Assembly (NCBI GenBank): GCA_965153285.1
Contig: OZ229115.1
DNA from: Podarcis tiliguerta
Lineage: Eukaryota
Length of the DNA: 64,000 nt
Reading direction: 5' to 3' (one strand)
The notes under the pieces are model-generated. The model was not told the DNA's origin, did no database searches, and saw only the letters and a program-made list of their open reading frames with translations. Shown piece by piece: positions 12,801 through 26,300 of the stretch. The translations under genes and the position numbers were made by a program. Numbering within the stretch: the first letter of the stretch is position 1; every line of letters starts with the position of its first letter.

Positions 12801-15208
12801 TTTCTCTCCCTTTGCGTTAAAAGGAGGGGGGGGGGAGAGAGAGAGACCCTCAGCTGAACTGAAGCGGAAGCTGGACCTGAGGAAAAGACTCCCCCATTCC
12901 AGCCACTGACAAGAAAACTTTGGGACGTGTGTGTGTGAAATTTCTGAGCGGTGGAGGAGGGGGGTACGAGAGTCATTATAAATAAACAAGGAACCCAAGA
13001 GACTGGATACAGAAAGTAAGGGAGCAAGGACATGACGTTTCATGGAAGAATCTAGGAAGAGCAAGAAAACCCCCAGGCTTCCTTGCCAACTGCCCTGGTT
13101 TGCACATGAGTCTGAGCTGTTATGCAAAGTGTGTTCTTAAAACCCCATATTTCATCTACTTTAAAAAAGGGAAAGAAAAGGGAAGCTTGAAAGCACCCCA
13201 AAGTCTCAAATTCTGTAACCTTTAGCTCTCCTTTGGGGGGGTGTGCTTAAGAGTAACTCTCCATTTTGTTCAGTGAATCACCCTGCAAATAGCACCCAAC
13301 ATTTGTATGAGATAAACTCAGTGAGATGAAACAGACCCTGTTCCCTTAAAAAAACAAAACCCCACACCTTGCATTTGTGCTGCTCCCGAGTTCAACGGAA
13401 AACACTTCACCCTATCCCAACCCTTATTCTTGGCAGTTTGATATTAAAATCCCTCCCTCTTTTAATTTTTCTGAAATCTGTTTTCTCCTCCCTCCCTCCC
13501 TGTCCCCTTTCTCTCAGCAGCAGGCTGAATAAAGCTACTATTCCATTTGTTGGGCAACTTGGAGCTTTCAAAGTATCATTAGCATGAGAATACGTGGTGT
13601 TGCCGTTTGCTGACAAAGCATAAGTCTCCAGGGCCCCTTATGGACAAACACACTTGTAAACAGAAAGAATGCTGGCTATTGTTCCTGGCCCTCCCTCCCC
13701 CAGTGCCTCCAGTGGGGCTGGTCCCCACATCTTTACCCTCTCTCCCCCTCCATCCCCCATTTTGTACACCTTAATAGAAACATAATTACGAGGCAGCAGG
13801 AGCAACAAAACAAAGCAATTGGCCCCAAAGTAGAAACTTAGGGGAGGGGGTAGGAGACTAGAGAAAGCGTTTTCCCTCTGGTTAGGAAGTGGGACAGGGA
13901 GAAACTGCTGGGGCTGTGGACCTATTCCCAAATTCTGTGGGGGGGCAGGCTGGAGGATGTGAGACTATCCTACCACCCACTAACTGTTACCACCCCCCTC
14001 CCTAATGTGGCATTGCAGAACAAGGTGGGGGGGGGTGTAAGCAAAATCCCCTTGACCATGCCGTGGTGGAATAGGTAAGAAGAGAAAAGCTGTAGTATTA
14101 TGGTGGTAACTGGCAAATTATGCTATTCTACAGCAGATGGACATTACTCTCCTTCCTGTGCCACAGGTGCCACTTTAATAGTATATGTGCCACTGAAAAT
14201 GAGAACTATGTTTCCGTTTCCCCAAACAAGCACGCTGAAAACATACTGAAAGGTAGGTAAGTAACCTTGGAAGCACCAGATACAGGAAGGAAGCTTGTCC
14301 ACAGGTGCCAAGCAAGCCAAGCAAGAAACCCAATTATTAGGCAAAGATCCTATCGCTTATTAGTACAGGAAAATTATGAAGCCACAAAGTGTTTTTGCAA
14401 CCCCTCCTCCTCCATCATCAGCAGCTATGCTTTCTAACAATGCCTGCCATGGGCAATCCAGCCTGCAGACCTTAAAAGCAAACAGGTAACTCCAGCTCTG
14501 ACTTAGTGGTAAAAGAGCATTATTGACAAAACACAAAAAGATGCCAGCATCTTTTTGGGCAGGCTCATGTACATTCCTTGTCATGACTGGTTCTTCCTCT
14601 ACTCCTTATTCTTGACCAGTGACTGCAGGCAAACATTCCTGCTACATTCAGATGTCTTTCTCCTTGTTGGGACCTTGCTTAGCTGCAAATAAGAACTGGG
14701 ACACTGTACGAGAGGTTAAGAGCTTGAGGTGTGATGTCTGAGCTGGAAATCCCCAATTCAAATCTCAGCTCATCCACCAACACACTGGGATGCAAGAACC
14801 TTTAGTAATGCCTTCTTTAATACTGAAAGAATAGGACTACCTTAAAAGTTTGTTATATTTATTATTGTGTTTAGTGAGGGAAGTGGAAGTGCTTTGGGCA
14901 CTTTAAGAAAATGCTAAATGATCATACTTCACATTCTGTGAAAGAGCTTGAAAGCACTCTCAAATAGCTGAGGGGGGCTCAGATAGAAGACAGTGTGTGA
15001 GAGTGTGTATGTGTAAAGACAAGCATACTTCCTAAAGCCCAGATAAGTCTGTGGAATAGGGAACAGAGGAGAAATAGCTAAAAGCATGTCAGGTCTCAAT
15101 CCCTGTGCTGGATACATGCTTAACTTACAGACAGCCTTCTACACAGACATGGCCTCACAGGCCAATCAGAGCAGGGCAGAAAAGTACACCTGAAAAACAG
15201 GTACTCAC

Positions 15209-15300
15209 GGGAGGTAAGCGGAACCCCCTTGCAGCTTGGCACCATCCCAAAAGCAGTCCAGTGGGGTCACGATAACACAAGGAAAGAGCTTCTCGATCAT
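15209..15300 (-). CDS. PTCH2: PTCH2 exon 5 (92 nt): [31 protein letters not shown]
   Basis: Translated by hand. Acceptor CCCAG|ATG, donor CC|GTGAGT; TPLDCFW motif. Confidence 0.96.
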
Positions 15301-16157
15301 CTGGGAATGACAAGAGCCACAGTCACAGAGGAAAACCACAAGTTCATCTTTCCAGTTCTCTTCTGCTCTCTTTGTCCCTTACCTTCCTTGACCGGCCCAA
15401 ATGCTCACATAATTTTACTGCAGGTGGGACTACCCTCTCTACAACCAGTGTCCTACTGCAACTTAACTAACCTTGTCTCCCCATTCTCTCCCTTGCAGCC
15501 TTTTGGAACAGTGAACGGCTTTGGGAACCAAAGAGTACCATCCCAAATACAAGCCCTCAATCCGAACAGATCCCAGATATGAGAACCTGGAAGACCTGTC
15601 CTAGCCAAACGGGCTACAGTGGGCCACGGGAAGTCCTCACTCTGAGGATACCTGTCTAAGGGGACAGCAGTCTCTTGCAACCGAGGCATGCAGGATGTAA
15701 AACCCTTATCACCAGAGGTCAGGCACTGCTGAAAGCAGTTGAGGATAAAATAGACTTTCCTCTTTATACTCCCCCAGCATATGGCTGGAAGGGAAATAAA
15801 GCCTCATAGTTAGCTCTTATCTCAGATACACAGGAGTGATTGTAACCAGGGTTAGGGGTCTAGCAAAAAGAAGCATGTCCAGTCTATGCAGAAATGTCCA
15901 AGTCTCTGAACCCAGAAGGGTGCTTTGGGAAGCTGCTCCTTTGTAACACCATCCTTTTTTAAAGATTCCACCCTATCCCCATAGCAACCTGGATATCCTC
16001 TCTAAGACCCACCCCATTCTCTAGCCAACCAGCTAGACCCCAGGGAATTATTTATGCCATCTAACAAAGAGATTTTCCCCAGCTGATCTACCTAATTTCT
16101 ATGGGTTTTAGTGCAACCCCTGTCCCTGCAGATGCATGCATTCCCTTGGCAACTCAC

Positions 16158-16227
16158 CCGTGCAATCATTCCATTCTCAATTATGGGGACACCTGACTTG
16201 TAGCATATTTTGTTGAGATCCCAAGAC
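16158..16227 (-). CDS. PTCH2: PTCH2 exon 4 (70 nt): SWDLNKICYKSGVPIIENGMIAR
   Basis: Acceptor TTTCAG|G, donor CGG|GTGAGT. Confidence 0.96.
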
Positions 16228-16517
16228 CTGAAAGAAGAAGCAGAGGCAATGAATGTAAAAAAAAAGTCAGAAGAATTGCTGGAAAGAGGAATGTTAACTA
16301 AATGGAAGCTGCAGAGGCAATGTACCTCTGAGTAACAGGTGCTGGGCACAAACATTGGGGAAGGCCATAACCTTCATGCTCTGCTTGTGAGCACCCAGAG
16401 ACACCTGAAGATTGATAGAAACTGAATGCTGGACTAGATAGATCCTCATCTAATCCATCATAAAAAGTGTATGTTCTTCTTATGAGAGTAACATAGATTT
16501 TCCAATTTGATACTCAC

Positions 16518-16707
16518 TTTCCGTAAAGTAAGACTTGCACTTTGCTTGCAGCCAGAGCAGCTTCAAGATGCATTCCCAAGGCCTCTGGGGTCAGGATGTT
16601 TTCACCTTCCCGTTTGGGCGTTTGTATCAGCATCTGGGGTGTGTACAGAGACTCTTCTCCTAGCTTTTCCTTTGTGTACCGGAGCTCCTGGCTGACACGG
16701 CTGCCCT
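16518..16707 (-). CDS. PTCH2: PTCH2 exon 3 (190 nt): GSRVSQELRYTKEKLGEE...SKVQVLLYGK
   Basis: Not in the ORF track; translated by hand. Acceptor TCCAG|AG, donor GGAAA|GTGAGT; phase 1 in, phase 2 out. Confidence 0.95.
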
Positions 16708-18684
16708 CTGGAGGGAAAGGGAAAGAAACACTGGAGTTAATATACCTCCCACTTACCTCTGTCCTCTTACTTGGCTCTTCGCTTATTCACATGAGAGACC
16801 CTAGAACTGAGAAGAGGCCCACAGGGGAACATCATGCAGTCTGGTCTTCCCTTTAACACATGTATTCTTCTTCACATTATCATGGTTAAAAGAATACAGT
16901 TCCCCAACCCTTGGAAGATTTAACTAGTAGACTGATGACTCCAATCTGTGTTAGTTGTCTAATTAATTAAAACAAATTAAAAGACACAGAGAAGTGTTGT
17001 GCTTGATCACATATAGTATCTTTAAAACATAAAACAAAATGCAGCTGCAGAGGTAGAAGTGAGGAGGGGCTCCAGATGGAGTGATATTGCTTGATATGCT
17101 CCCCACCCACAAGCAAAATCCTACTGGAGAGGAGGCAGGTGTTCAGCAACTTGCAAAGAGTGGTTTTACTGGGGGGGGGGCAGGGACACAACTGTTGGAG
17201 GGAAAGGGCTAAGAACTGCCTCCCCCACAGTCTTCCTCTGTAATTGCAGCTTCTGGGACTGTATTTTATTTTTGAAAAAGAAAGGGAAAGGGCAAGTGGA
17301 AGGAGAAACTACATATTGAGAAGCTGCTACCACCACAGAGTGCTATAGTTTTTTGTCTGCCAGAGGAAGTTGCCCACTGTAACTGACCTGGTGCTCTAGA
17401 AGCCACAATAAGAAGTACAGTATATAAATATGACTAATGTAGTCAGTATATTAAAAACTGAAGGGGAATAACTTTGTTTGCCCCTTATAGCTTTGAGTGG
17501 GATGAGTGAACTAATAATGCCAAGGGCAAATTCACTGTGCCCCAAGCTTCCAGTCTGAAGAATGCCCCAATGGTAGCTTTGCTACAAAATCGTGCAAGTT
17601 GTGGAGGAAGTTGCCTGCCTGCCACAGAACCGCTGTATATAGCAAAGGATTCTGGGAAATATTCTACAGCGCATACTCAGTTCAGTCATAGTAATGCCCA
17701 AGCCTGTTGAGCCTCACATCTGTACAAAGTGAAAGTACACCCTAGCACACACAAGCTTCTGTGGCTGCACATTGCAGAAGATAGGAAGTTAAACGCACAA
17801 AGGTGACTTTCAGAGACATTTGTTTGCCGTGGTTAAACTTCTCATTGAGGAATATTGCACAAGTGTCTTCATAAAATTTTATTTATAAAGTTAACAACGG
17901 ATATATCATTTGGAAATTGACATTGAATTTACATTGCTTCAGTATTTTGTTAAGTAATTTGTGTTATAAATTTAAACCATCTTTATGTTCATTGTGCTTT
18001 TTTCAAGGGATTATATCTGAGCACTCAAAGCAACCTCACAAAAACAAGTACAATTTCCACACTTCTCCAGGGGGAAATCCATGGCAGTTAAACCAATTTC
18101 ATACTTGTTTGAGTCTATAGTGTAGATATTCCCTTAATCATCCTTAAAATAAGCATGTGAAGTTGTCACTATTTCCATTTTGCAGATATAGAGACACAGG
18201 CTGAGCGACTGATTACTGAACCCAAAGACAAATTCTGTTTTGACTACAATCTCCCATTTTCAAGCCATTGCAGAAGACTCTCAACGTTTGGCTTCAGGCT
18301 TATGGGGCTAATGACAACATAGCTGTCTCTTGAGGGTCAGAATCCAAGAAACACCAATGCATTCTAACATTTTCTTGATTTTCCCAACTCCTTTTCTTCT
18401 AAACGTGTGTAGACATATCTGTCTTTAACTGGTTTAATACATGTTGCCTCTCTCCAGAAAACACCACAAATTGCAATTCCCAGGATAACTGTATTTGATG
18501 GCGGCAGCAGCAGGGATGGGGAGGAGGAAGGAGTAATGACAGCTAAACTGGGGCAAAACCAAAATAAGTTTGTGACACAGGTATGTCTTATGGCAGCAGC
18601 TGTGGAGCACAACAAATGGAAGGTTCATAATATGTACAGTAGGGTGCTTGCCATTACAGTAACTCCCAACTATTTGACTCTAGT

Positions 18685-18810
18685 ACAGCGTTCCTCAATA
18701 TGGTGTCCTCCAGGTGGTTTGGACTAAAACTCCTATCAACTCCAGCCAGCCTGAGCAATGGTCAAGGACGATGAGAGTTGTAGTCTATAAAAATATATGG
18801 GTCAAACCAT
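18685..18810. mobile_element. Third, degenerate copy of the hairpin MITE family
   Basis: GGACTAAAACTCCTATCA...GATGAGAGTTGTAGTC inverted core. Confidence 0.6.
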
Positions 18811-21800
18811 CGCAAGATGTGCTGAAATTTTGGGAGGTTGGGTAGTTACAATGGAATGGTCTTGTGGGTGGAGTGCTGATTTTTATTTATTTATTATTAT
18901 TACTTTGTCAAAATAAAAAATAAAATTATCTTTCTATCTGATGGCGCCCCAAGTGGGAGGAAGAATGCTCTACAGGATAGCCTATCCAAATATTGTTCAT
19001 ATTAAAATAAAAAACATTTTCCACATATTATCTTTTCCTTCTCAAATAATCTGGCTCACCTTATTTTTAACAGAAGCAGAAAATGAGGACATAAAAACCA
19101 CATATTCCACAGCCTGATAATTCTCTTGCTTATTGGTGCTTCTCCCGCTCCATCATTCTGGGTTCTTCATCATAAATTATATTTCTCAAACTTGGTAAGA
19201 GAGAGTTTGTGTAGACATTTTTACTACAAGCTCGCTGCTGAGCTCAACAATTCTATCCTGTCCTGCTATTTTGTCACTTTTTGTAAGTATAAATTCTTCT
19301 TTTAATACTTCGTAGCTGTTGATTTTTATAAATATATATATATAAACCCAAGCTGATTGACAGGCATGCTTTTGGTTTCCACGCCCCTCTCCCCAAAGGA
19401 ACAGCTGGGATGCCAATGAGGGAGGAGGCTATGCCAAGGAACACAGGGAGGGGACAGACACTCTGCGTCTGTCCGAGATGGGAAGAGCTGGGAGGGAAGC
19501 ATCAGAGGCAGAATCCAAACCATTCCAGGCTGTTTGGGAGGCAAGGCACCAGGAGTCATGCTGAGCTCTGCTGATCTTGACTAGGCCACCCAGGAGAGAA
19601 ACCACACGTACAACCAGAATGTAGAGGAAGGGTGGGGAACACATTCAGGCCAAACTTTGAAGCCACAGGCGAAGATGGATCCCAAAAATTAGAGGAGTCC
19701 TTCATCAGACGGTCTTTAAGTACAAAGCCTCTTTTTAAACAAGTGCCAGGAGATGGTTTTGTGCCATGTGATGGCCAGGACAGAAATATGCAGAGAGAGA
19801 GAGAGACCCTCTCAACAACCTTGTTCTTGTCACTGCCCAGGATGAGTGATAGTAAGAAGTGGACACTGGGAGCCTTATTTATTTATTAACAACGTTCGGA
19901 GCTGAAATGACAGTACATCTGCAAGTGTTGTGAAGAAGGGAAGAGAGGGAGATATTCCTTGTAATTAGGGTTAATTTGGAACAGGACAATCTGAAGCTTC
20001 AAAGGGGAATGAGGAAGCCTCAAATTCCAACACCCTAATTAACCAGGGAGCAACATGAAAAGACAAGGCAAAATGAGAGAAGCTGCCAAGTATGCTTTAC
20101 ATGGGGCACTCTCTTGTCTGATGGGGAGGGCGTTAAACTTAGGTACTGTCACTCTATGTGCCACAGCCTCCCCCCCCCCCCAGCTGCTCCTGCTTAACCC
20201 CCCTCCCCTCCACTGAGAGAGCAGCATTGTTTGATACAAAGTTGGGGGAGGGGATTCTGGGCTACAGCGAGGTAGCAACAGTGAGCATGTTAATGAGGAG
20301 CCCTATGCAAATTCTTTTTTACTCCAATTAACAAAGGAAGCCCTCTCCTTTTTCATGCAAAGGGTCCCTCTCCCTCCTGATCAAACTCCCAATTGTACTG
20401 CTGCTTTGGCTTTGAGTATTAGATTGGATTATCCCTCATTCCACCCCACATGCATTGAACACGTACACACCTCAGATATGCTATATCTCATTCTCACAAC
20501 CTCCCCAGGAGCATTGAAATATCTCCAGAACAGCAGGGATGAAAACACTGGACCACATCCTTGTAAACATTAAGGTCTTCTTGTACTCAAGATTCCCAGG
20601 TTTCTTTAAGGAGAGGCTGCAAGCTCCATCCCATCAGTTGGCCCTTGCACTGTGTGGGGTCCGACAGACTTACACTGCCCCATCTTGCTAGACAAGCCAA
20701 CTGTGTAGGACACTCCTCCCCTAGCAGGGCCTCTTTGGCTCAGAGGATGCCTCACAGCATGCTCCCAGAAACACTCCCTGTCTCCCCACAGCAGCAGAGC
20801 TGGGTACCAACAAGGGCAGCCGAAAAAGCAGAATTGGTTGGGAGCCAAGTGGAGAGATGCCCAGTAACCCAGAGCTGGCTGATCTAGGAACATCCCCACA
20901 GCACGTCCGGCAGGACTTGTGTCTAAAGGGCCTAGCCAATTTGCTTTTGCAAAAAGAGTCTGGGTTGCAAGCCTAGTGCAAGAGCATGCCTGGAAGTACC
21001 AGTGCCAACAGGGCACTGGAGCAGAGCTTCATAGCGAGGTTATTCTGTGGAAGACTTTATTTCCTGCCACCCTTTCTCATTCCTGAGAAGCCACTCCAAG
21101 CCACACCCTGGGATTCATTATGGCATCCTAGTCCTAGTAGATTCCAGAGTGCCGCTTCAGCCTGGCTACATGGTCAACTGCCCTCAAGACAAGGGTCATC
21201 TCTTAACCCAGCTGAGAAATGGGTAGCTATGTAACTGAGGAGCAGGGGAGATCAATTACCTGGTGTTGACAAAAGAAACTTATCTCAGTCCTGGGTTGCA
21301 CATGCTGACACCGTCTCTCCCTTTTCTCTCCCCCTAGGTTCAGCAGAGCCGCTTCCCAGGCAGTGGAACAGGCCTTCAGAATTATCCCCATAATTACAGG
21401 CTCTTGGATAAATTGCTGGGCTGGGCACCTCCTCCCTCCCAGCTGGGCCACCCAAATGCAGCCCCCTGCTCTGTTTCCACACCAGCTGGGAGGCCCAAGA
21501 GGGCTTCAATTAAAAGAGACAGGATAGGGCTCTCCTCTTAAGGGCCCACCTGGCTTGAGAAAATGTGCGGACAATAAACTCCCCCCCCCCAAGAAAACTC
21601 CAACTCTCTTCTAGGGTAAAACCTCCTCTCAACCAATTTAGCGCTACCATACTGCAGTAATCTGTTATTAAAGCTTCATAGTTATTATTATGGATATTTA
21701 TGGTAGAAGGCAGAGATCCAGCACCAAACACAAAAAAGTAAGAGATAATTTCTTGCCTCAAAGAACTGAAATTTTGGTCTGACTGGGCAAGAGGAAAGTC

Positions 21801-22599
21801 AGGCCCACAGAAGGAAAGGGACTGGAATTTCTCCAGCCCCACAGCAGGGGCTAAGAAGGGAACAAAACCCTTATGCCCATAGCACCTGTGGGAAAACATC
21901 ACCCCATAGACTGAACAGAAAGAATAAGGGTGGCAAGTGAGCAGCAGACAAAGCTCTTGAGAGAATCCCTTCTCAGAGCCTTTGAAGACATTAAAAAGCC
22001 CAGCGTTTATTCAAAGCAGGATGCAAAAATACAATATCCTGTCTCCAAAGCAATTCATAGTAGTTTTGCTGTGGACATAGTTTTGTTGAAGGAGGTGACT
22101 CACCCACCACTTAGTAATAAATACATAAAGGCATCCTAAAGAGGGTGTTGCTGCAAAGGGGGCATTCCTTGCTAACATGCTGGAGTAGTTAAAAGGGGGG
22201 GGGGCAGGGCCCAAGCATGTGGGCAGAAGTGGGCAGAAGTGGGACAGTGACTTTCCCCCTGGTGAAAACAGCAGCCGGGAGGTCAAGGCCACAGCAGGGA
22301 CAAAGACAAAGGGTAAAAGGTCCTACCTTCACATTGCTACCCCAAACAGGACACCCCACCCACAGGTAAAGAAAAGCACACACAAAAGCCACTTATATAG
22401 TTAACACAATGGCTTCGCTTGTGTCAAAGAGATATACACCCTTTTACATAAGATGCTCTCTCATGAGCCACAACTTCCAGAGTTCCTATGTTCCTGCTGA
22501 CATTTCCTGTGCACACTCAAGAGAATCCAACACTGTTGCTGTTGTTTTAAAAATTATTTATACCGTAGTTTTCAGTTATTCATCTACTTTAATTGTATA

Positions 22600-23310
22600 C
22601 TCTTATGAAATTGCAGGTTATTACAATAATCCTGCCAATGTCCTTATCTGTTTACAATTTGTTTGTAAATATTTAATAAACCATTTCCATTCTTTTATAA
22701 AAAGTTTGTTATCTTGATTTCTTGTTTTTTCCAGTAAGTATAGCCATGTCTGCAAAGTCCATAAGTTTTGGTATCCATTCTTCTTTCATCGAGACTTCTT
22801 ATTCCTTCCATTTTTGGTCAAATAACATTTTTGCTGCTGTAGTCGCATACATTAATAAATTTCTATACTGTTTAGGTAGCTCTATCCCATGGATAGGCAA
22901 ACTAAGGCCCCGGGGCTGGATCCAGCCCAATTGCCTTCTAAATCCGGCCCGTGGGCGGTCCAGGAATCAGAGTGTTTTTACATGAGTAGAATGTATCCTT
23001 TTATTTAAAGCCTCTCTGGGTTATTTGTGGGGCATAGGAATTCGTTCATTTCTCTCCCCCCCCCCCCCCAGAATATAGTCCGGCCCACCACATGGTCTGA
23101 GGGATGGTAGACCAGCCCATAGCTGAAAAAGGTTGCTGATCCCTGCTCTATCCCTATAATTCCCAGAATAAAAGCTTCTAGTTTTTTGTTTTGTTTTTTT
23201 GAATGTTCTTTTAAGCATCTTTTTCAATTCATTATATATCATTTCCCAATAAGCTTTAACCTTAACTGCAAGACCACCACATACGATGGTCTTTAAACAT
23301 AAAATCCCAA
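22600..23310 (-). mobile_element. L1-type LINE 3' fragment (ORF2 C-terminus), interrupted by a hAT MITE
   Basis: Minus-strand peptides HRMWWSC, KVKAYWEMIYNELKKML and, beyond the MITE, LPKQYRNLLMYATTAAKML...KWKE...EEW; boundaries approximate. Confidence 0.75.
22888..23145. mobile_element. Non-autonomous hAT element (MITE)
   Basis: Ends CATGGATAGGCAAAC / GGTTGCTGATCCCTG; exact 8-bp TSD CTCTATCC at 22880-22887 and 23146-23153. Confidence 0.9.
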
Positions 23311-26300
23311 TAGACAAGAATCCAACACTTTTGGCATCTGACTGCCAGAAGGCGGGATGAACAAGCACTGTACCAACCAGGGACAGCAAGGCAAGAGTGC
23401 TGCTTGATAGGATTTGCAGGTCTCAGAACATACGTCAGCAAACATATTAGGCCTCTAGCCTTCATAATGTGTAGAACTTACAGTAGGTCCATGACAAGGG
23501 AACACAGTGCCTATACAGCATTTAGTGTGAGATACACCCCCCCCCCACACCCATATTGCCACATCTGGCTATAAATACAAATCAGGCAGCCACTAATAGA
23601 AAGAGCCTCCTTAGTTCCCATTATTTATGCTAACATATTCCAATCAAGCCTCTAATTTTTCAAAATAGACAAAGCCTTTTGTGGGGGGTTGGGAGAAGAG
23701 GGAGGGAGCAGCAGAGAGGAAAGAAGACTCGTGTTACAAATTTGTACCAGACCCCGAGAAGTGACACACAGATACTTGGTGGGGGCAGCCATTACAAGCA
23801 CTATCCAATAGGTGTCTGTAACTCTCATGCCATGTTGTTCTATCCAGTATTCACAACAGAGGGGGGGGGGGGTCAAATATCATTTACTCAGCTAATACTG
23901 CAGCTTGAGCACTGGAAAAATGCAATATGCATGAAACAGAAATGCTTCCTTGAGGAAAGCTGTCTGTTTCCCATATATAACAAATGAGTAACAGCAGTCT
24001 CCACAAATCCCATGTTTTCCATGGAAGGGAAATTCCAACATTTGCCTCCCCTTCTCTCTTTATTTGTGGGAGTGAGGGTGGAGGGGGTCATTCACCAGAG
24101 TGAAAGGTGTGCAGAGGAACAGAAACTCAACCTTGAGTTAAAAAAGCATTTGTAACTGTTTCGAGGTTGAGGAAAATATACATGGTCACTTTCATCACAA
24201 GGGTTTTTTGTACACATGGGCAGGAAACCTACAGCAAGCCCACATAGGGCTGCTGTACTTCCTGGTCTGATTCACATGGGCTTCCAGAGAAGCCCTTCTT
24301 GGAGTACAGAACTGAGCAGTTTGAATGTTACTGGAGCTATCTAGGGAAATCAATTGCCTTGATTCCATGAGTAGGGCAACCCTATAATTTGCCCTGGATC
24401 GGGTGTAAGTATTAATAGCAAGTATTGGGCCAGACCAAAAAAGGAAAGCACCTGGCATTAGCTTGTAGGGCAGAGAATAAACTCATGAGACCCTCCAGGG
24501 ATGCAGTGATTAGAAACCTTTGTGTAATTAATCAACTGGACAAGAAGACCCTTCTCCATGCATAAAACTGGCTTCCACCTTCAGTCTGCCCTCTCCATTC
24601 AGTCTAGGCATTGTCACTACAAATAACAATGGAACACAGAGTTTGTCTTTGCTCCTTGTATTAACACACATAATGTTCCTTTGCACCTAACAGGAGATAT
24701 CAGAGGTCATCAAAGGAGAAGGGACAAACAATCCAAGAGCATGCCAAAAGATCATCCGGATAAAGTGAGAGGATAGAAACTTGCCTCAGGAAGATTGTTA
24801 GGGTCCTGAAGGGTTATCCAAATGATTAAAAAAAATCTCAGACATAGCCCTTTAGTACTATATTCACAGAAGTCATAATCCAGCAACAGTTGTGCAATAT
24901 CCTGCTCAAACCTGTGACACCTGTGCAGCCACATAACATGTTAACACTTCAAATTGCACCAGCCCTTCAAGCTAAGGAGATTTTCTCATTGAAACTACAT
25001 TGTAGTTTGTGTTGGGAAAATAAAATAACCCTGAAACAAAAGCACTTCCTTGATGGAAAACAACAACATCCTGAAGTACATGAGCAACAATTTACGGTAC
25101 ATTTACTGCTGAAAAAGATTTTGGATTTGATTCATGAGATACAGATGATGTAGAGGAAAATCCTAAATTCTAGCTGCTTGCAGAAGTCAGAAACTGGAGG
25201 AGAGGTTTCAGTACCTGAAAATGTGAACTATGTGGTTTCTGTACGGAAACTAAGGTACAACAAATCAATTTCACACAAGTACTGAATTGACACCTGTGAT
25301 ATTTACCCTGCATCCTTCTATCAGGAATTCTGAGTGAAAAGCATTCTCTTCTCCCAATTATGAAGGCAGCAGTACTGCGCAAAGAGACTTAATATTTTTA
25401 CTGAAGCCACTTTAAGACACATAAAGAAAATAAGGGTATAAATTCCTTAAATAAATAATAAAGTCCAACATTGCCTGCAAGCAAGAGCAACAGATTACTT
25501 TTTAAATTTTCAACATTTAATGCATGAAAACAGGGATAGTAGCTTTACATTGAGGCGGACCTGTTGCGACTTCAGCGGGTGGAAAGCTAGACATCAGCTG
25601 GGGCTCCACAGCAAAGACCCCACCACCCCAAAAGTGTCTTGCCTAAGAGCTCCATAGATCTTGAGAGATGGATGCTTAATGGTTTAAATAATTTCTATAC
25701 TGTTTAGGTAGCACATGCTTAATATCAATTGGAAAATGGAGGCTAAAACATGGATAAATATATGCCGTAGATGCCTCTTGACCATGCGTCCTCAGTATAT
25801 TGTCCTTCATCCTGCCCTTACCCACTATCACTGCTGGAGATACAGAAGGATCTCATTTCAGTTGGGCAGCTGAAGCCCCAGAATTTTAAGTGACTCACCC
25901 ATGATCAGAAACTAAGAGACTAAATACAGTAGAGGACTTTTGAGATTTGAACTGCTCGTGTTAATTTAGCACACATCATCATTTTATACTGAGAAAATTG
26001 ACATTGTCGTAAGATATCTGAGCATGACCCCATCGTGCTTCACTCAGCCACCTGAAGACGAAGGGCTCTGTCACCCACTGTGGCACCATTCCGTGCACTG
26101 TTTAGTATCCATATATGTTCAGTTCCTTATTTCCAAGTAGCTGGATTGACTTTTTGTACAAGATCACTTTTTGTACAAAACTTGCGCATACCAACCTACT
26201 TTAAAAAAAATAATTTTCTATACTTATTGTAAAAAACAACCCAGTTTTTAGATTGACTTGCCTAAGATCCAGGACAAAGCACCATCTAGTTCAGCATCTC

